From Leptospiraceae bacterium (GTDB lineage Bacteria > Spirochaetota > Leptospiria > Leptospirales > Leptonemataceae): a DNA stretch of 64,000 nucleotides. The notes below the pieces were generated by a model. It did no database searches and was not told where the DNA came from. It saw only the letters and a program-made list of their open reading frames with translations. The first letter of the stretch is position 1. Each line of letters begins with the position of its first letter. Of this stretch, positions 9,642-21,861 are shown piece after piece. The translations under genes and the position numbers were made by a program. The stretch spans positions 736,001 to 800,000 of the forward strand of contig JAVJNR010000004.1 of NCBI GenBank assembly GCA_040217195.1. Direction: 5' to 3'.

Positions 9642-10976
9642 ATGGTTAAGTCGACACTTCGGTACTATCCCGGAATCCTAATTCTGGCAGCAATGCTTCT
9701 TGGCTGCAGCATTCCCACACGTCAGATTGTATCCGATACCCAATCCATCTCTGAATACTTCCAACTTTCACAAATAACCACAGCTCAATCCAATAATCAT
9801 ATTCAGATTGTCACCGGCGGAAGCGAAACGTTTCAAACCCTGAATTATCGAATCTCCCGGGCCAAGGAATCCATCTATTTCAGCGCATACATTTTCCAAT
9901 CAGATTTTACCGGGCAGCGAATTTCCAGACTACTGATGCGAAAGGCTCAAGAGGGCCTGGATGTGCGCTTACTTCTGGATGCATGGGGTTCGATTTTCTT
10001 TGAAGAGGCCCTGGAGGAGGAGTTACGGCAGGCCGGCGTTCATGTTGAGTACTTCCGACCATTCGAAGTGCTAAGACCTTACAGACATCTACTTCGCAAC
10101 CACCGAAGAATGCTCATAGTCGATGGTCGATACGCACTTACCGGTGGATTTGCTATTCAGGATGTGTGGGCCGATATGTACGATTTTACTGTGGAGGATA
10201 TTCAAATCTGGGTGCAGGGACCCATGGTCCGGGATTTTGAAGATCTATTTCTGAATGACTGGTGCGAAGCTATTGGTTCTAAACCAGATCCGCTTTGCGC
10301 CTCTAACACGGATTCTACACTTGCTCTGGAGTCGATACCGGCCCCACCCGGGAAAAGGTATGAAAAGTATCCCGTTGTAGAACAGGAAAGCCGGGATTGC
10401 AATCCCCTGGGAAATGGCTGCACCGGCCCCGGAAGTCTGTTAGCCACAAGCGATGCAAAGAATCCAGCTGCGAACTACCATTTCTTTTCCAGAGCTATTT
10501 CTCTGAGCCGGCAAAGAATCTGGATGGCTACTCCATATTTCATTCCGGATACACGTTTCATGGAGCTTTTGCGCCAGGCCTGCCAGAGAGGCGTAGATGT
10601 TCGGCTTGTTATGGCCTCTCAAGAATCCATCCAGGAGTTTCCGGTTTCCTACGTCAGAAATCCATATATTCGTGAATTACTGGATATGGGAGCCCGGGTT
10701 TTTGTATTTGAAGACGGATTTCTTCATTCCAAGGCATCCATTTTTGACGAAGAATTATCCATAGTAGGAACATCCAATCTAGACCGTCGAAGCTTCGACT
10801 ACAATCGAGAAATCGACGTTGTATCCTACGATGTCAGAATCAATGAATCACTGGGACGAGTATTGGAGCGATACATTGGAGTTTCCAGGGAGCTAACTCT
10901 GGAGGAAATGGATGCCCGCTCCTTATGGGTTCGTATTCTGGAAATAGTGTGGTGGCCCCTGACCCCTCAGCTTTGA
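9642..10976 (+). CDS. cls: Phospholipase D / cardiolipin synthase-like protein
   Basis: NHRRMLIVDG and LHSKASIFD HKD-type motifs, TPYFIPD, GTSNLDRRS; lipoprotein-like LLGC. Confidence 0.88.
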   Translation: MVKSTLRYYPGILILAAMLLGCSIPTRQIVSDTQSISEYFQLSQITTAQSNNHIQIVTGGSETFQTLNYRISRAKESIYFSAYIFQSDFTGQRISRLLMRKAQEGLDVRLLLDAWGSIFFEEALEEELRQAGVHVEYFRPFEVLRPYRHLLRNHRRMLIVDGRYALTGGFAIQDVWADMYDFTVEDIQIWVQGPMVRDFEDLFLNDWCEAIGSKPDPLCASNTDSTLALESIPAPPGKRYEKYPVVEQESRDCNPLGNGCTGPGSLLATSDAKNPAANYHFFSRAISLSRQRIWMATPYFIPDTRFMELLRQACQRGVDVRLVMASQESIQEFPVSYVRNPYIRELLDMGARVFVFEDGFLHSKASIFDEELSIVGTSNLDRRSFDYNREIDVVSYDVRINESLGRVLERYIGVSRELTLEEMDARSLWVRILEIVWWPLTPQL

Positions 10977-11000
10977 ATCGATATAGTTTGGCTCCGAATT

Positions 11001-11100
11001 CCCGGTCAATGGCTATGGTTTCCGGTCACTGGCCATGGTTTCCGGTCAATGGCTATGGTTCCCGGTCACTGGCTATGGTTCCCGGTCGCGGGCTTCGATT
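11001..11100. repeat. 20-bp tandem repeat (YCCGGTCAMTGGCYATGGTT), 4 conserved copies and 1 degenerate
   Basis: Units at 11001, 11021, 11041, 11061 and a decayed unit at 11081. Confidence 0.9.
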
Positions 11101-11207
11101 CTGGTCGGTGGACTTCCATTCTTCTGGCTCTACGTTCCACTCCCGCAGTATTGAGAAAAATCTTACATTTTGCTTGCAACCTTCCCGGACCAGGCCATAC
11201 CAAGGAT

Positions 11208-11325
11208 ACCGCTGGGTGTGGTCGCAAAGACGATCTGAGACTCTGTTGATCTGGATACTGAATATCCAGGCCTGCACAGAGGAGCCCTGGAACCTGACAC
11301 GGCTCATACCGTCGTAGGGAAGCGA
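11208..11325 (+). ncRNA. TPP riboswitch
   Basis: GGGTG...CTGAGA...CCC..GAACCTGA..GG..ATACC..CGTAGGGAAG consensus; P1 CGCT/AGCG; upstream of thiC. Confidence 0.93.
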
Positions 11326-11339
11326 AATGAATTTACTAA

Positions 11340-13199
<1,860 letters not shown>

Positions 13200-13323
13200 T
13201 GGAAGGAGCTCCATAGGCGGCGGTCAACTGGCCGCCCCCTGTTCCGGCAATTACCGGTGGAGACATTACGAAATCCAGAATTCTACAATTAGTCTCCGCT
13301 TGCTCGGCCCGCACCTGCCATTT

Positions 13324-14424
13324 TCAGGGATTGATTAGATAAAAGGTACTTTCGGATGGAAATTTGGCGGTGGGCTTTTTTTGCTCCAGCTCCGCCAGAC
13401 TTCTGGTTGCATCTCCCTTTTCGCACCAGGCAGAAACGGTGGTGTTGTAATGTAAGACGTAAGGCTTTGCGAAGAAGACTCGTAGGACGGCACGAAGGAG
13501 CATTGAAATATTACCAAGTACATAATAACCTCCACTGTAATAGTTCTGACTCTCCAGAACAGAGCAACGATTCATTCTATATAGTGTCTTCTGAGGGATT
13601 GTGTACCCGGAAAAAGCATTCTGGCTTTCTTTCAAATTTTCGATCTTTTTCACAATTCCGTGATCCAGAAGCTGTCCTCCCTTCATCACTTTTGCATGAA
13701 TCAATGACTTATGACCGCTATCGTCAGTTCCATAAAAGCCGCCCACAAAGAATCCATTTCCTTGATGATAAGACCGAATTAGATGAAATCGTTTGGCGAA
13801 CTGATGCACCGGCTTGTTTCCATTCAGGTATTCCATACCGGCAATTCCCTTGAGATCTATCCATTCATCGTCCAGAATCATATGACCTGTGGCCGCGGAG
13901 CTTACTACGGGAACATCGAAGCGAATAAATCCACCGCCCGAAACATTGATCTTTCCATCGGATAACCCCAGCCCCGGCCCATAAGGAGATAGAGCAAGCT
14001 TGATAACGGGAGTACTCTTATCGCCCTGATCAATCTCTATATAGTATTTGCCGTTTTCGTACCTGAGCCAGTTCATAAAGGACTTATGACCGAACCGACC
14101 TTTCTGGGCTTCCAGGCTCTGATAATCATACTCTTTGGTCCAGACCCGAACCTTACCTTTTTGAACAATTAGAATTGAAACACCATTGTTTAAGCTCTTG
14201 GGCCCCAGGTTGCTGATTACAAAAGTAATGTAGATCAGCATTCCATTTCCCCGGAAATTCACATTCCAGGCCTGCATATAACCCTCTTCGTCTGTGGGCT
14301 GAAATACCATGTCCGAAGGTCCTACATTCATTACAGGACCGGCTCGTAACGGAATCAGCGGAATGATGATGGCAAGGATAAGGGCGATTGGCCGAAAGGC
14401 TTTGTTTCGAGGCAAATCCAGCAT
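13324..14424 (-). CDS. Hypothetical secreted beta-rich protein (possibly CrtC/Svf1 lipocalin-like fold)
   Basis: Signal peptide after the likely start MLDLPRNK (14424); aromatic/Gly beta-strand pattern; fold assignment is a guess. Confidence 0.65.
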   Translation of the reverse strand: MLDLPRNKAFRPIALILAIIIPLIPLRAGPVMNVGPSDMVFQPTDEEGYMQAWNVNFRGNGMLIYITFVISNLGPKSLNNGVSILIVQKGKVRVWTKEYDYQSLEAQKGRFGHKSFMNWLRYENGKYYIEIDQGDKSTPVIKLALSPYGPGLGLSDGKINVSGGGFIRFDVPVVSSAATGHMILDDEWIDLKGIAGMEYLNGNKPVHQFAKRFHLIRSYHQGNGFFVGGFYGTDDSGHKSLIHAKVMKGGQLLDHGIVKKIENLKESQNAFSGYTIPQKTLYRMNRCSVLESQNYYSGGYYVLGNISMLLRAVLRVFFAKPYVLHYNTTVSAWCEKGDATRSLAELEQKKPTAKFPSESTFYLINP

Positions 14425-14613
14425 GCCGGAATTAGAACCGGAATGCCCGGGGAAGCAAGGAGAAAACCGATTCGCCACAGGTTGGATTTGAAAAACTAAC
14501 GCCGTCTGCATACAGTAGCATCCGACGGTGGAATGCAAATTACGAAGGGAACTGGACCGGAAGACAGCCTGGATATCAAAAGACTGTCAATTCGGTGTCA
14601 TTGGAGTCATTTA

Positions 14614-15066
14614 TTAGTAGTAGGCCGGATCACAGGGATACTGACGAACTACGATACATGTACCCGGATAATCGAATAGCATATACCGGGTCTCAGCATC
14701 TTCCAGACAGCCTGACCAGGATCCTCTGGCTCCCAGGTTTAGCCGACGAATCCATTCAAACTGTGTATTCGGATCATCTTCTGTGATGCTGAGCCATTTT
14801 GAATCGGCCTCCAGCACGGCCTTTTCCCGGCACATTTCCAGTCTCTCATCAAAGTTTACGAACTCACGACGGGATTCGCCGTCATAATCTCGGGTAACTA
14901 TGGATGGAGGAATGCTTGCTTTTCCCAGGATTTGTACAGAAAATCCTGTAAAATAGTAATCTTTGATGTAATGTTTCTCGGGTATGTCCGGCATCCCCAG
15001 GCACTGGAGGAGCAGAAAGGCACCAGGCAATGCCAGGATCCTACCGATAGAAGACTTAAGGCCCAT
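14614..15066 (-). CDS. Hypothetical lipoprotein
   Basis: MGLKSSIGRILALPGAFLLLQC spirochete-type lipobox; several Cys. Confidence 0.65.
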   Translation of the reverse strand: MGLKSSIGRILALPGAFLLLQCLGMPDIPEKHYIKDYYFTGFSVQILGKASIPPSIVTRDYDGESRREFVNFDERLEMCREKAVLEADSKWLSITEDDPNTQFEWIRRLNLGARGSWSGCLEDAETRYMLFDYPGTCIVVRQYPCDPAYY

Positions 15067-15091
15067 GAATTCTCTCAGACAGCTTAGAATT

Positions 15092-16741
15092 ATGTCCATT
15101 TCAGCACAGTACCGTATACGATCCAATCCTTTTAGGCAGCGCCGGCAACCCACAAATCCAGGGAATGATCACCGCCGGGCCTTGCACCGAGGTTTGAAAG
15201 CAGGCTTGATATGGTTTGCTCTGATTCTGACCATTTCTCCTCAGATCTTACTGGCCCGTGACTTTCAGGTATCGATCCTACCGTTTCGAGTAAGCGGTCA
15301 GGTACCGGAAGCCTACTTTTCGGCTGCATCCTTACCCACGGAATTACAGCAGGCCACAGCCTTCCTCTTCGACCTTCATAAGAATTATCCTCTGGATGAC
15401 CTGGAAAGACTGAACCGAAGCCTGCCCCAGAATGTAAGAGCCACAGGTGCTATTCCAGGCACCGATTATTGCGCCTATACCAGAGGCACGCATCTTCTAA
15501 AAGGGGAAGCTTCCTTTTCCGGCACGTCCCGTATTCGAATTACTCTTCAGTTGCATTCCTGCAATACCGGCCGAACTATCGATACTGGCGTTTCATCCGG
15601 GCCATTGAACGATTTACAGACTTTGCTGGTGCAGGCTATTCGCTCCAGTGCCAGGTCCTTTTCCGATAAACAGTTCATTTCATGGTCTACAAGTAGCGAT
15701 GAGTGGATACTCGTGGTGGACCAGTCCGGCTCAATGTCAGGTACCAAGAAAGAGCTAGTTCGAGCTCTCCGGTCCAGGGCCTACGAGTTCCAGGGCAAGC
15801 TTAGTCTGGGTTTGTTGCTAATTTCTGAAAATGGCAATCGTTTGATTCAGCCCGGTACCAATCTGAAAGAAGTCATATCCATTCTTGAAGCAACAGCCAC
15901 GGGCGGAGAAGTAACTCTGACACAAGTTGCTCGCGGACTGCAAGAGCTCAAAAACCTGCCACCAGAAAATCGCAGGATTGTTGTTCTTACAGATGCTGCA
16001 GGGGGATCCACTGCAGCCTTTGAAAGTGCTCTTAGAAGGCTCAGTTCCACTGGCTCCAGCCCTGCACTCTTAAACTCTCCTGGACTGCCTGTATCCACGA
16101 GACTTCTGTTCGCTCGATTAAACCGAAGTCTTAAGCTGGATTCTCCGGAAATGACATATGGAATGCGTGCAGGCTTCGTGGAAGGATTCTCTCTATTCTT
16201 TATTCAGAAAGGAGACAGATTCTATGTTTCCAGAAAAGATGAAAGCGCAGCATTGCGCTCCGGACGTCTTTCTATGGATTCACTGGAACCTGTGGCCACC
16301 GTAAACCTGCGAGATGATCGACTGAACCTTAGCTCGGTAATTCAGTCTTATGCGAAGCAAAAAAATATAAGGCTGATTGGCACCGGTGATCTTGTTAGCA
16401 GCCTGGAGTATGATCTGGGCTCTCTGATGTCTGGAACTTCCGAGGCCCGGTATAAATTCCTGGTCAAAAATCATGGATCTGCATTCTGGATACATTGCCA
16501 GAGCCCATCGGTGGCCAAACAGCTGGAAAGGGCCCGACAGAACCGACAATCCATCTATCTTGGACTTCAGCTCCGCCAGGGTTCCCTGGGACCGGAAAAC
16601 AATCCATCAGCAATATTTATTCGTAGTGCCGCAGAGGTTCCTTCTTTGTTCATTCAAAGATACAGCAATCTCCAATCAGAGAAAACCTTGAAAAAGCAGG
16701 ATATCTGGTTTTTCCTGGTGGAGGTGGTGGATTCCAGATAA
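15092..16741 (+). CDS. Exported VWA-domain protein
   Basis: Signal/TM segment; MIDAS VVDQSGSMS, TGG, VVLTDA. Start uncertain. Stop lies 1 nt before the kinase gene. Confidence 0.8.
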   Translation: MSISAQYRIRSNPFRQRRQPTNPGNDHRRALHRGLKAGLIWFALILTISPQILLARDFQVSILPFRVSGQVPEAYFSAASLPTELQQATAFLFDLHKNYPLDDLERLNRSLPQNVRATGAIPGTDYCAYTRGTHLLKGEASFSGTSRIRITLQLHSCNTGRTIDTGVSSGPLNDLQTLLVQAIRSSARSFSDKQFISWSTSSDEWILVVDQSGSMSGTKKELVRALRSRAYEFQGKLSLGLLLISENGNRLIQPGTNLKEVISILEATATGGEVTLTQVARGLQELKNLPPENRRIVVLTDAAGGSTAAFESALRRLSSTGSSPALLNSPGLPVSTRLLFARLNRSLKLDSPEMTYGMRAGFVEGFSLFFIQKGDRFYVSRKDESAALRSGRLSMDSLEPVATVNLRDDRLNLSSVIQSYAKQKNIRLIGTGDLVSSLEYDLGSLMSGTSEARYKFLVKNHGSAFWIHCQSPSVAKQLERARQNRQSIYLGLQLRQGSLGPENNPSAIFIRSAAEVPSLFIQRYSNLQSEKTLKKQDIWFFLVEVVDSR

Positions 16742-16742
16742 G

Positions 16743-17513
16743 ATGGTAGATACAAAGAGCACACAAGAACTCACTCGCCTATCCAGCGACATCCCCTCCT
16801 TTCAAATGCCTGCTCTGGCCGCAGGCATTGTACATGAAATTAAAAATCCGCTGGCAGCCATCCATTTACATCTTCAAATGCTGGAAGCTTCATTGCTGGA
16901 AGTGGACGATGAAGATCTACAAAATAAATTAAAGAGCCGGGTGGACATCATCAAAAAGGAAGTGCTATCACTGAATGATGTGCTTCAAGATTTCATCCAT
17001 CTAATTCGTTCCGAACGAACGGTAAGAACCTCCAGCGAGGATTTGAATAACATCCTGTCTGCGGTAATTCGCCTTATGGAACCTCAGGCGCGAAAAGCGG
17101 GAACCAACATCAGTTTTGAACCCGGAGAACTAAGAAGCGGCGCAGAAATCCATGCAGGCTTCATCAAGCAAATGGTAATCAATCTAATCCTGAATGCTGT
17201 GCAGGCTCTGCAACAGTCCGATCGGCCTTCCGGAGAGAGAGAAGTCCATGTTAGCACCGGCCAGGAAAATGAGCAGAATTTCATTCGAATTGCTGATAAT
17301 GGACCCGGGATTTCCACCGAGGACCAGAACCGAATCTTTGAGCCATTCTTTACAACAAGAGAAGATGGAAGCGGACTGGGACTGGCTCTGGTTAAAAAGA
17401 TGATAACGGAGATGGGCGGCTGGATTGATGTTTCTTCCGATCCCCGTCATGGCACTGCATTCACCATATTTTTTGGTGGAAAAACCGCATTGCAAGATAC
17501 GCAAAGCGAATAG
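16743..17513 (+). CDS. Cytoplasmic histidine kinase (HisKA+HATPase) without sensor domain
   Basis: HEIKNPL, NLILNA, DNGPGI, FEPFFTT, GSGLGL; no TM segments. Confidence 0.93.
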   Translation: MVDTKSTQELTRLSSDIPSFQMPALAAGIVHEIKNPLAAIHLHLQMLEASLLEVDDEDLQNKLKSRVDIIKKEVLSLNDVLQDFIHLIRSERTVRTSSEDLNNILSAVIRLMEPQARKAGTNISFEPGELRSGAEIHAGFIKQMVINLILNAVQALQQSDRPSGEREVHVSTGQENEQNFIRIADNGPGISTEDQNRIFEPFFTTREDGSGLGLALVKKMITEMGGWIDVSSDPRHGTAFTIFFGGKTALQDTQSE

Positions 17514-17526
17514 CATTGACCCTAGA

Positions 17527-18876
17527 ATGATTCGCGTACTGTTAATCGAAGACGATCCGGCCCAGCGCTCCGCTCTGGAAGAGTATTTATCTTCTTTGTC
17601 TGAAGATATCTCTGTGATAGCTGTGGCCTCCGTAGGCGATGCGCGAAAAATTCTGGAAAGCGAGTCCTTTTCCCTGGTAGTGAGCGACCTTTTTTTGCCC
17701 GACGATACAGGCCTCAATCTGCTAAAAGAGATTCGGCAAAACCAGGACATCCCTTTCTTGATCCTCACCGGTCAGCCAACCATTGAAACTGCAGTGGATG
17801 CGATTAAATCCGGCGCAAACGATTTTTTGACCAAACCAGTGGATCTAACTCTTTTGCGCAATAAGGTGGAATCGCTACTTGAGACTGTAAGTCTGAAAGA
17901 AGAGAATCGCAGATTGAAAGCTCGGCTGGCAGATACCTTTTCCACTTCCAGTATCATAGGAAATGCTCCTGCACTGAAGAATGTTCTGGAGCGAGTGCAC
18001 CAGGTGGCTCCCACGGATGTAACGGTTCTTCTGGAAGGAGAAAGCGGCACAGGAAAAGAAAAGATCGCCAACATGATCCATGAGAACTCAAAACGAAAGG
18101 ATCGTTCCTTTGTAAAAGTGAATTGCGGAGCTCTTACCAAGTCCATTCTGGAGTCTGAACTGTTTGGTGCAGTGAAAGGTGCATTTACAGGGGCAGACAG
18201 AGATCGCACCGGTTTATTTGAGGCAGCTCAGGGAGGTACAATCTTTCTGGATGAGATTGGAGAGATGGATCTGGAGAGTCAGGTTCGCCTGCTACGAGTT
18301 ATTGAAGAAAGAGAAGTTATGCGAGTGGGCTCCACTCAGGCAGTGCCCATTGACGTTAGAATCATTGCTGCCACGAATCGAGACTTGCTGGAACGCGTAG
18401 ATTCTGGAGAATTTAGAGAGGATCTCTACTACAGATTGGCCGTTATCAGGCTGGAACTACCACCATTACGTAAACGCAAAGAAGACATCCCCCTATTATT
18501 TAATTTCTTCGTAACAGATTTTAACGAGAAATATCTTAAATCTGTTACCAGCCTTTCGCCAGAATTGCTGGAATTCTTTCAGCAGTATGACTGGCCTGGA
18601 AACATTCGTCAGTTTAGAAACGTTCTGGAAGGCATGGTTGTTATGGCCACAGAAGATACTCTGGAGCTCAAGGACCTTCCCAGCAATATAAGCAGAACTC
18701 CTGGAAAGAAGGATGTTACCGATGAAATCAAGGCCGGGATTTCCATGGAGCAATATGAGAAGGCCATAATTGCCAAGAATCTTTCGCATTTTGGAGGCAA
18801 CCGGGAGCAAACCGCCAATGCACTGGGCATCTCCGAAAGAACGCTCTACCGAAAAATCAAAGAATACTCACTGTAG
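17527..18876 (+). CDS. Sigma54-dependent NtrC-family response regulator (REC-AAA+-HTH)
   Basis: LIEDD, GESGTGKE, ESELFG..GAFTGA, FLDEIGE, WPGNIRQ, Fis-type HTH. Confidence 0.95.
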   Translation: MIRVLLIEDDPAQRSALEEYLSSLSEDISVIAVASVGDARKILESESFSLVVSDLFLPDDTGLNLLKEIRQNQDIPFLILTGQPTIETAVDAIKSGANDFLTKPVDLTLLRNKVESLLETVSLKEENRRLKARLADTFSTSSIIGNAPALKNVLERVHQVAPTDVTVLLEGESGTGKEKIANMIHENSKRKDRSFVKVNCGALTKSILESELFGAVKGAFTGADRDRTGLFEAAQGGTIFLDEIGEMDLESQVRLLRVIEEREVMRVGSTQAVPIDVRIIAATNRDLLERVDSGEFREDLYYRLAVIRLELPPLRKRKEDIPLLFNFFVTDFNEKYLKSVTSLSPELLEFFQQYDWPGNIRQFRNVLEGMVVMATEDTLELKDLPSNISRTPGKKDVTDEIKAGISMEQYEKAIIAKNLSHFGGNREQTANALGISERTLYRKIKEYSL

Positions 18877-18985
18877 CGGCTCCAGTATAGAATACTTGCA
18901 GTTGCGCCTGAAACTGAAATACATAACGAAACGAAAAGATTGGTCCAGCGCGGCCAGAAGCCTTTTCCTCTGAACAAGGGTCTAA

Positions 18986-19774
18986 ATGCTGGAAACCACC
19001 ACAGGAATCATACTTCGAAGCAGAAAGAGCGGCGAATCGGATCGGATACTTGTACTGCTCTCTGTTTCCGATGAAGTGTTGCAACTGAAGTACCATGGAA
19101 TCCAGGCAAGCCAGCGCCGAAGTCAGCTCAGCGTACAGCCCGGAAATTCAGTGGAAGTGGTTTTCTATCGCAAATCTTCTCAAAGCGATCTTTACAGTAT
19201 CAAGGAGCTTACTCTGCAGAAGCAACTGAATGTGCAGGGGCGTTATAACGATCTTCAACGTCTGGCAGCCGTACTGGCCCTCATCCATGCATCCGGAGAA
19301 CCCTCGCTGCCCGGTCTCCATACTCTGGCATCGGGGGCTCTGGAAACTCTGGAAAGCGGTGAAAACAACAACGAAGGATGGTTCGAAAATCTGCTGGGCT
19401 TTCTGGTGGTTCGAATTCAGAAACTTCAGGGACTCCTGGGAGAAGTGGATCAATGTTCTGGATGCGGAGCTTCTCTCTGGGATCTGAAGAAGTGGCCGCC
19501 GGATCTATGGCAGCCTTCCTACTGGAATGAGCCGGAGCTGGACTTTCTATGCGAACAATGCGCGCTGAAGGAAAGCCAGCTTGCCGCCAGAGCCCAGACG
19601 CTTCATGCAATCTGGATTTTCGCCGCTGCCCGAATGAGGTTCGGTGCATTTGAGCAAGCTTTGAAGACCTTTCCCACAATAACTGGACCCGGAAATACAC
19701 CTGCTTTGTTGCTTCGCTCGGTGGAGCATTTTCTGGGCCCATTGAAGGAACTTCGATTTACCGATTCCGATTGA
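18986..19774 (+). CDS. recO: DNA repair protein RecO
   Basis: GIILR...GESDRI OB-fold start; CSGC...CEQC zinc finger. Confidence 0.8.
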   Translation: MLETTTGIILRSRKSGESDRILVLLSVSDEVLQLKYHGIQASQRRSQLSVQPGNSVEVVFYRKSSQSDLYSIKELTLQKQLNVQGRYNDLQRLAAVLALIHASGEPSLPGLHTLASGALETLESGENNNEGWFENLLGFLVVRIQKLQGLLGEVDQCSGCGASLWDLKKWPPDLWQPSYWNEPELDFLCEQCALKESQLAARAQTLHAIWIFAAARMRFGAFEQALKTFPTITGPGNTPALLLRSVEHFLGPLKELRFTDSD

Positions 19775-19804
19775 AGCCAGATTCGGACTGATAATCCTGG
19801 CTTC

Positions 19805-21745
19805 ATGAAGCTTCTGAAGGATCTGGTTACTGACCTATTCTCCCAATCCCTTTCTACTATTGCAGGCATTGATCTGGAAGCGAGGATCGAATATGCCAGA
19901 GAGGAGAAATTCGGGGACTATGCATGTACTTCTGCTCTGGATCAAAGGGTCCGAGAGGCCTGTAACATCAAGAATCCAAGGGAACTGGCTGAGCTGGTCA
20001 TTGAAAAACTGCAGACTGCTACAATCGATCTGGAGGCCCAAACGGCAGAGGCCGGAAAGGGAAAGGTCAGTGGTTCCCAATGTTTTTCCGATATTTCCAT
20101 TGCCGGGCCTGGATTCATCAACGTAACGCTTTCGCAGCCTGTATTAATGCTATTGCTGAACAGGGTACTGAAAATTGGCAGTGAATACGGAAAAAGCGAA
20201 GGAACCAAAAAACGCAAGATCATATTTGAATTCGTATCAGCCAATCCCACCGGTCCATTAAATGTTGTTTCTGCCCGGGCGGCTGCCCTGGGAGATAGTT
20301 GCTGCAATCTATTGGAAGCCGCCGGCCACGAAGTATATAGAGAATATTATGTTAACGACTACGGAAACCAGGTGTTCCTTCTGGGAATCAGCTGCGTTCT
20401 GCGGCTGATGGAATCCGAAGGGGTTTCTGTCCTGTTCGCCAGCAAAGGACCGGAAGGACCAGAATATGAAAATAAGCCTGGCCTGCTATTTCCGGATCAG
20501 GGATACCATGGCGAATATCTAGTAGATGTATTGAATCGTCTGATTGAGAATCAGCCGGATCTAAAACCGGATGAGTCCATTGTCCAGGCGCTTAAGGATC
20601 TTGGAAAGAAGAACCATTCCAGCCAGCCAGATCCGGTATCTCTGATTCAAGAAGCCGGAGCCCTGGATTACGCAGATCGTCTGGGTCAGGCTGTAACAGA
20701 ATTCCTGCGCTCTACACATGAAGAAGATTTAAAAGCCTTTAGAGTGGAATTCGATAGGTTCTTCTCCGAAAGAAGTCTCCATGAATCTGGTCAGGTGCTG
20801 AAGGTTCTTGATGAACTGCAAGACCATATTTTCCAGGAAAATGGCAAGAAGCTCTTTCGCTCCACTGAATACGGTGATGACAAAGATAGAGTTGTAGTTC
20901 GAGACGATGGCAGACCCACTTATCTGCTCGCCGACATAGCGTACCATAAAAGCAAATTGGATCGCGGTCATGAGGAAATTATCGATATCTGGGGCCCGGA
21001 TCATCATGGTTATATTGCACGACTGAAGGGAGCCATGATGGCCCTTAAATTTCCGGAAGAGAAGTTTAAGATCCTGATTGCGCAGCAGGTAAATCTGCTC
21101 TCCAACGGTGAACCGGTGGTCATGAGTAAAAGAACCGGCCAGTTCGTAACCCTCCGGGAACTAATTGAAGAGATTCCTCTGGATGTAATAAGATATTTCT
21201 TTGTAATGCGCTCTTTTGAATCCCACCTGGACTTTGATCTGGAAGAAGCAAAGGACACTTCAGATAAAAACCCGTACTATTATGTGGGCTATGCCCATGC
21301 CCGAGTGAGATCAATATTTCGTAGATGCGAAGAAGAATCCATAATTACAGATGAAGCCAGTGTGCTCAGAGAATTGAGCCAAAAGAAGGACATTGGCCAG
21401 TCTGACCGGATGGAAGACTCTCTGCCCGATGTACTGTCCTCTCAGATAAATGCCATCGCTTCTCCGGAAAGAAGACGATTGATCTGGTTGGCCGTAAGGT
21501 TTCCTGAAGAAGTGCGCGATGCTGCAGAATCCTTCGAACCCCATCGATTGGTGCAAACCCTGTATCAACTGGCACAGGCACTGTCTCGTTTCTACGGCGT
21601 TCCAGAAAACAAAGTTTTGACTCGAAGCCCCCAGGAGGCTCGTCTTCTACTGGGAATCCTGGAAGCTGTGGCGCTATGTATTCGAAATGGTCTGAAGCTT
21701 TTGGGGATGGAAGCTCCAGAACGTATGAGCCGTAGCGAAAGTTAA
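19805..21745 (+). CDS. argS: Arginine--tRNA ligase
   Basis: FGDYA, AGPGFIN, EFVSANPTGPLN, YVNDYGNQ, MSKRTG, YAHAR, APERM. Confidence 0.97.
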   Translation: MKLLKDLVTDLFSQSLSTIAGIDLEARIEYAREEKFGDYACTSALDQRVREACNIKNPRELAELVIEKLQTATIDLEAQTAEAGKGKVSGSQCFSDISIAGPGFINVTLSQPVLMLLLNRVLKIGSEYGKSEGTKKRKIIFEFVSANPTGPLNVVSARAAALGDSCCNLLEAAGHEVYREYYVNDYGNQVFLLGISCVLRLMESEGVSVLFASKGPEGPEYENKPGLLFPDQGYHGEYLVDVLNRLIENQPDLKPDESIVQALKDLGKKNHSSQPDPVSLIQEAGALDYADRLGQAVTEFLRSTHEEDLKAFRVEFDRFFSERSLHESGQVLKVLDELQDHIFQENGKKLFRSTEYGDDKDRVVVRDDGRPTYLLADIAYHKSKLDRGHEEIIDIWGPDHHGYIARLKGAMMALKFPEEKFKILIAQQVNLLSNGEPVVMSKRTGQFVTLRELIEEIPLDVIRYFFVMRSFESHLDFDLEEAKDTSDKNPYYYVGYAHARVRSIFRRCEEESIITDEASVLRELSQKKDIGQSDRMEDSLPDVLSSQINAIASPERRRLIWLAVRFPEEVRDAAESFEPHRLVQTLYQLAQALSRFYGVPENKVLTRSPQEARLLLGILEAVALCIRNGLKLLGMEAPERMSRSES

Positions 21746-21861
21746 CTGGATTTTCAGGCGGAAACGGTGGACGGAGCGGCCAGTCCATTCTTATCATAGT
21801 GAATAGCTATGGTAGCAGATTGCCATGGGTCTTTCAATTTCGTTTTGGCAAAGGAGAATGT

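Noticed and set aside
11001..11120. CRISPR array
   Set aside because: Repeats are contiguous with no unique spacers, and no cas genes are in the window
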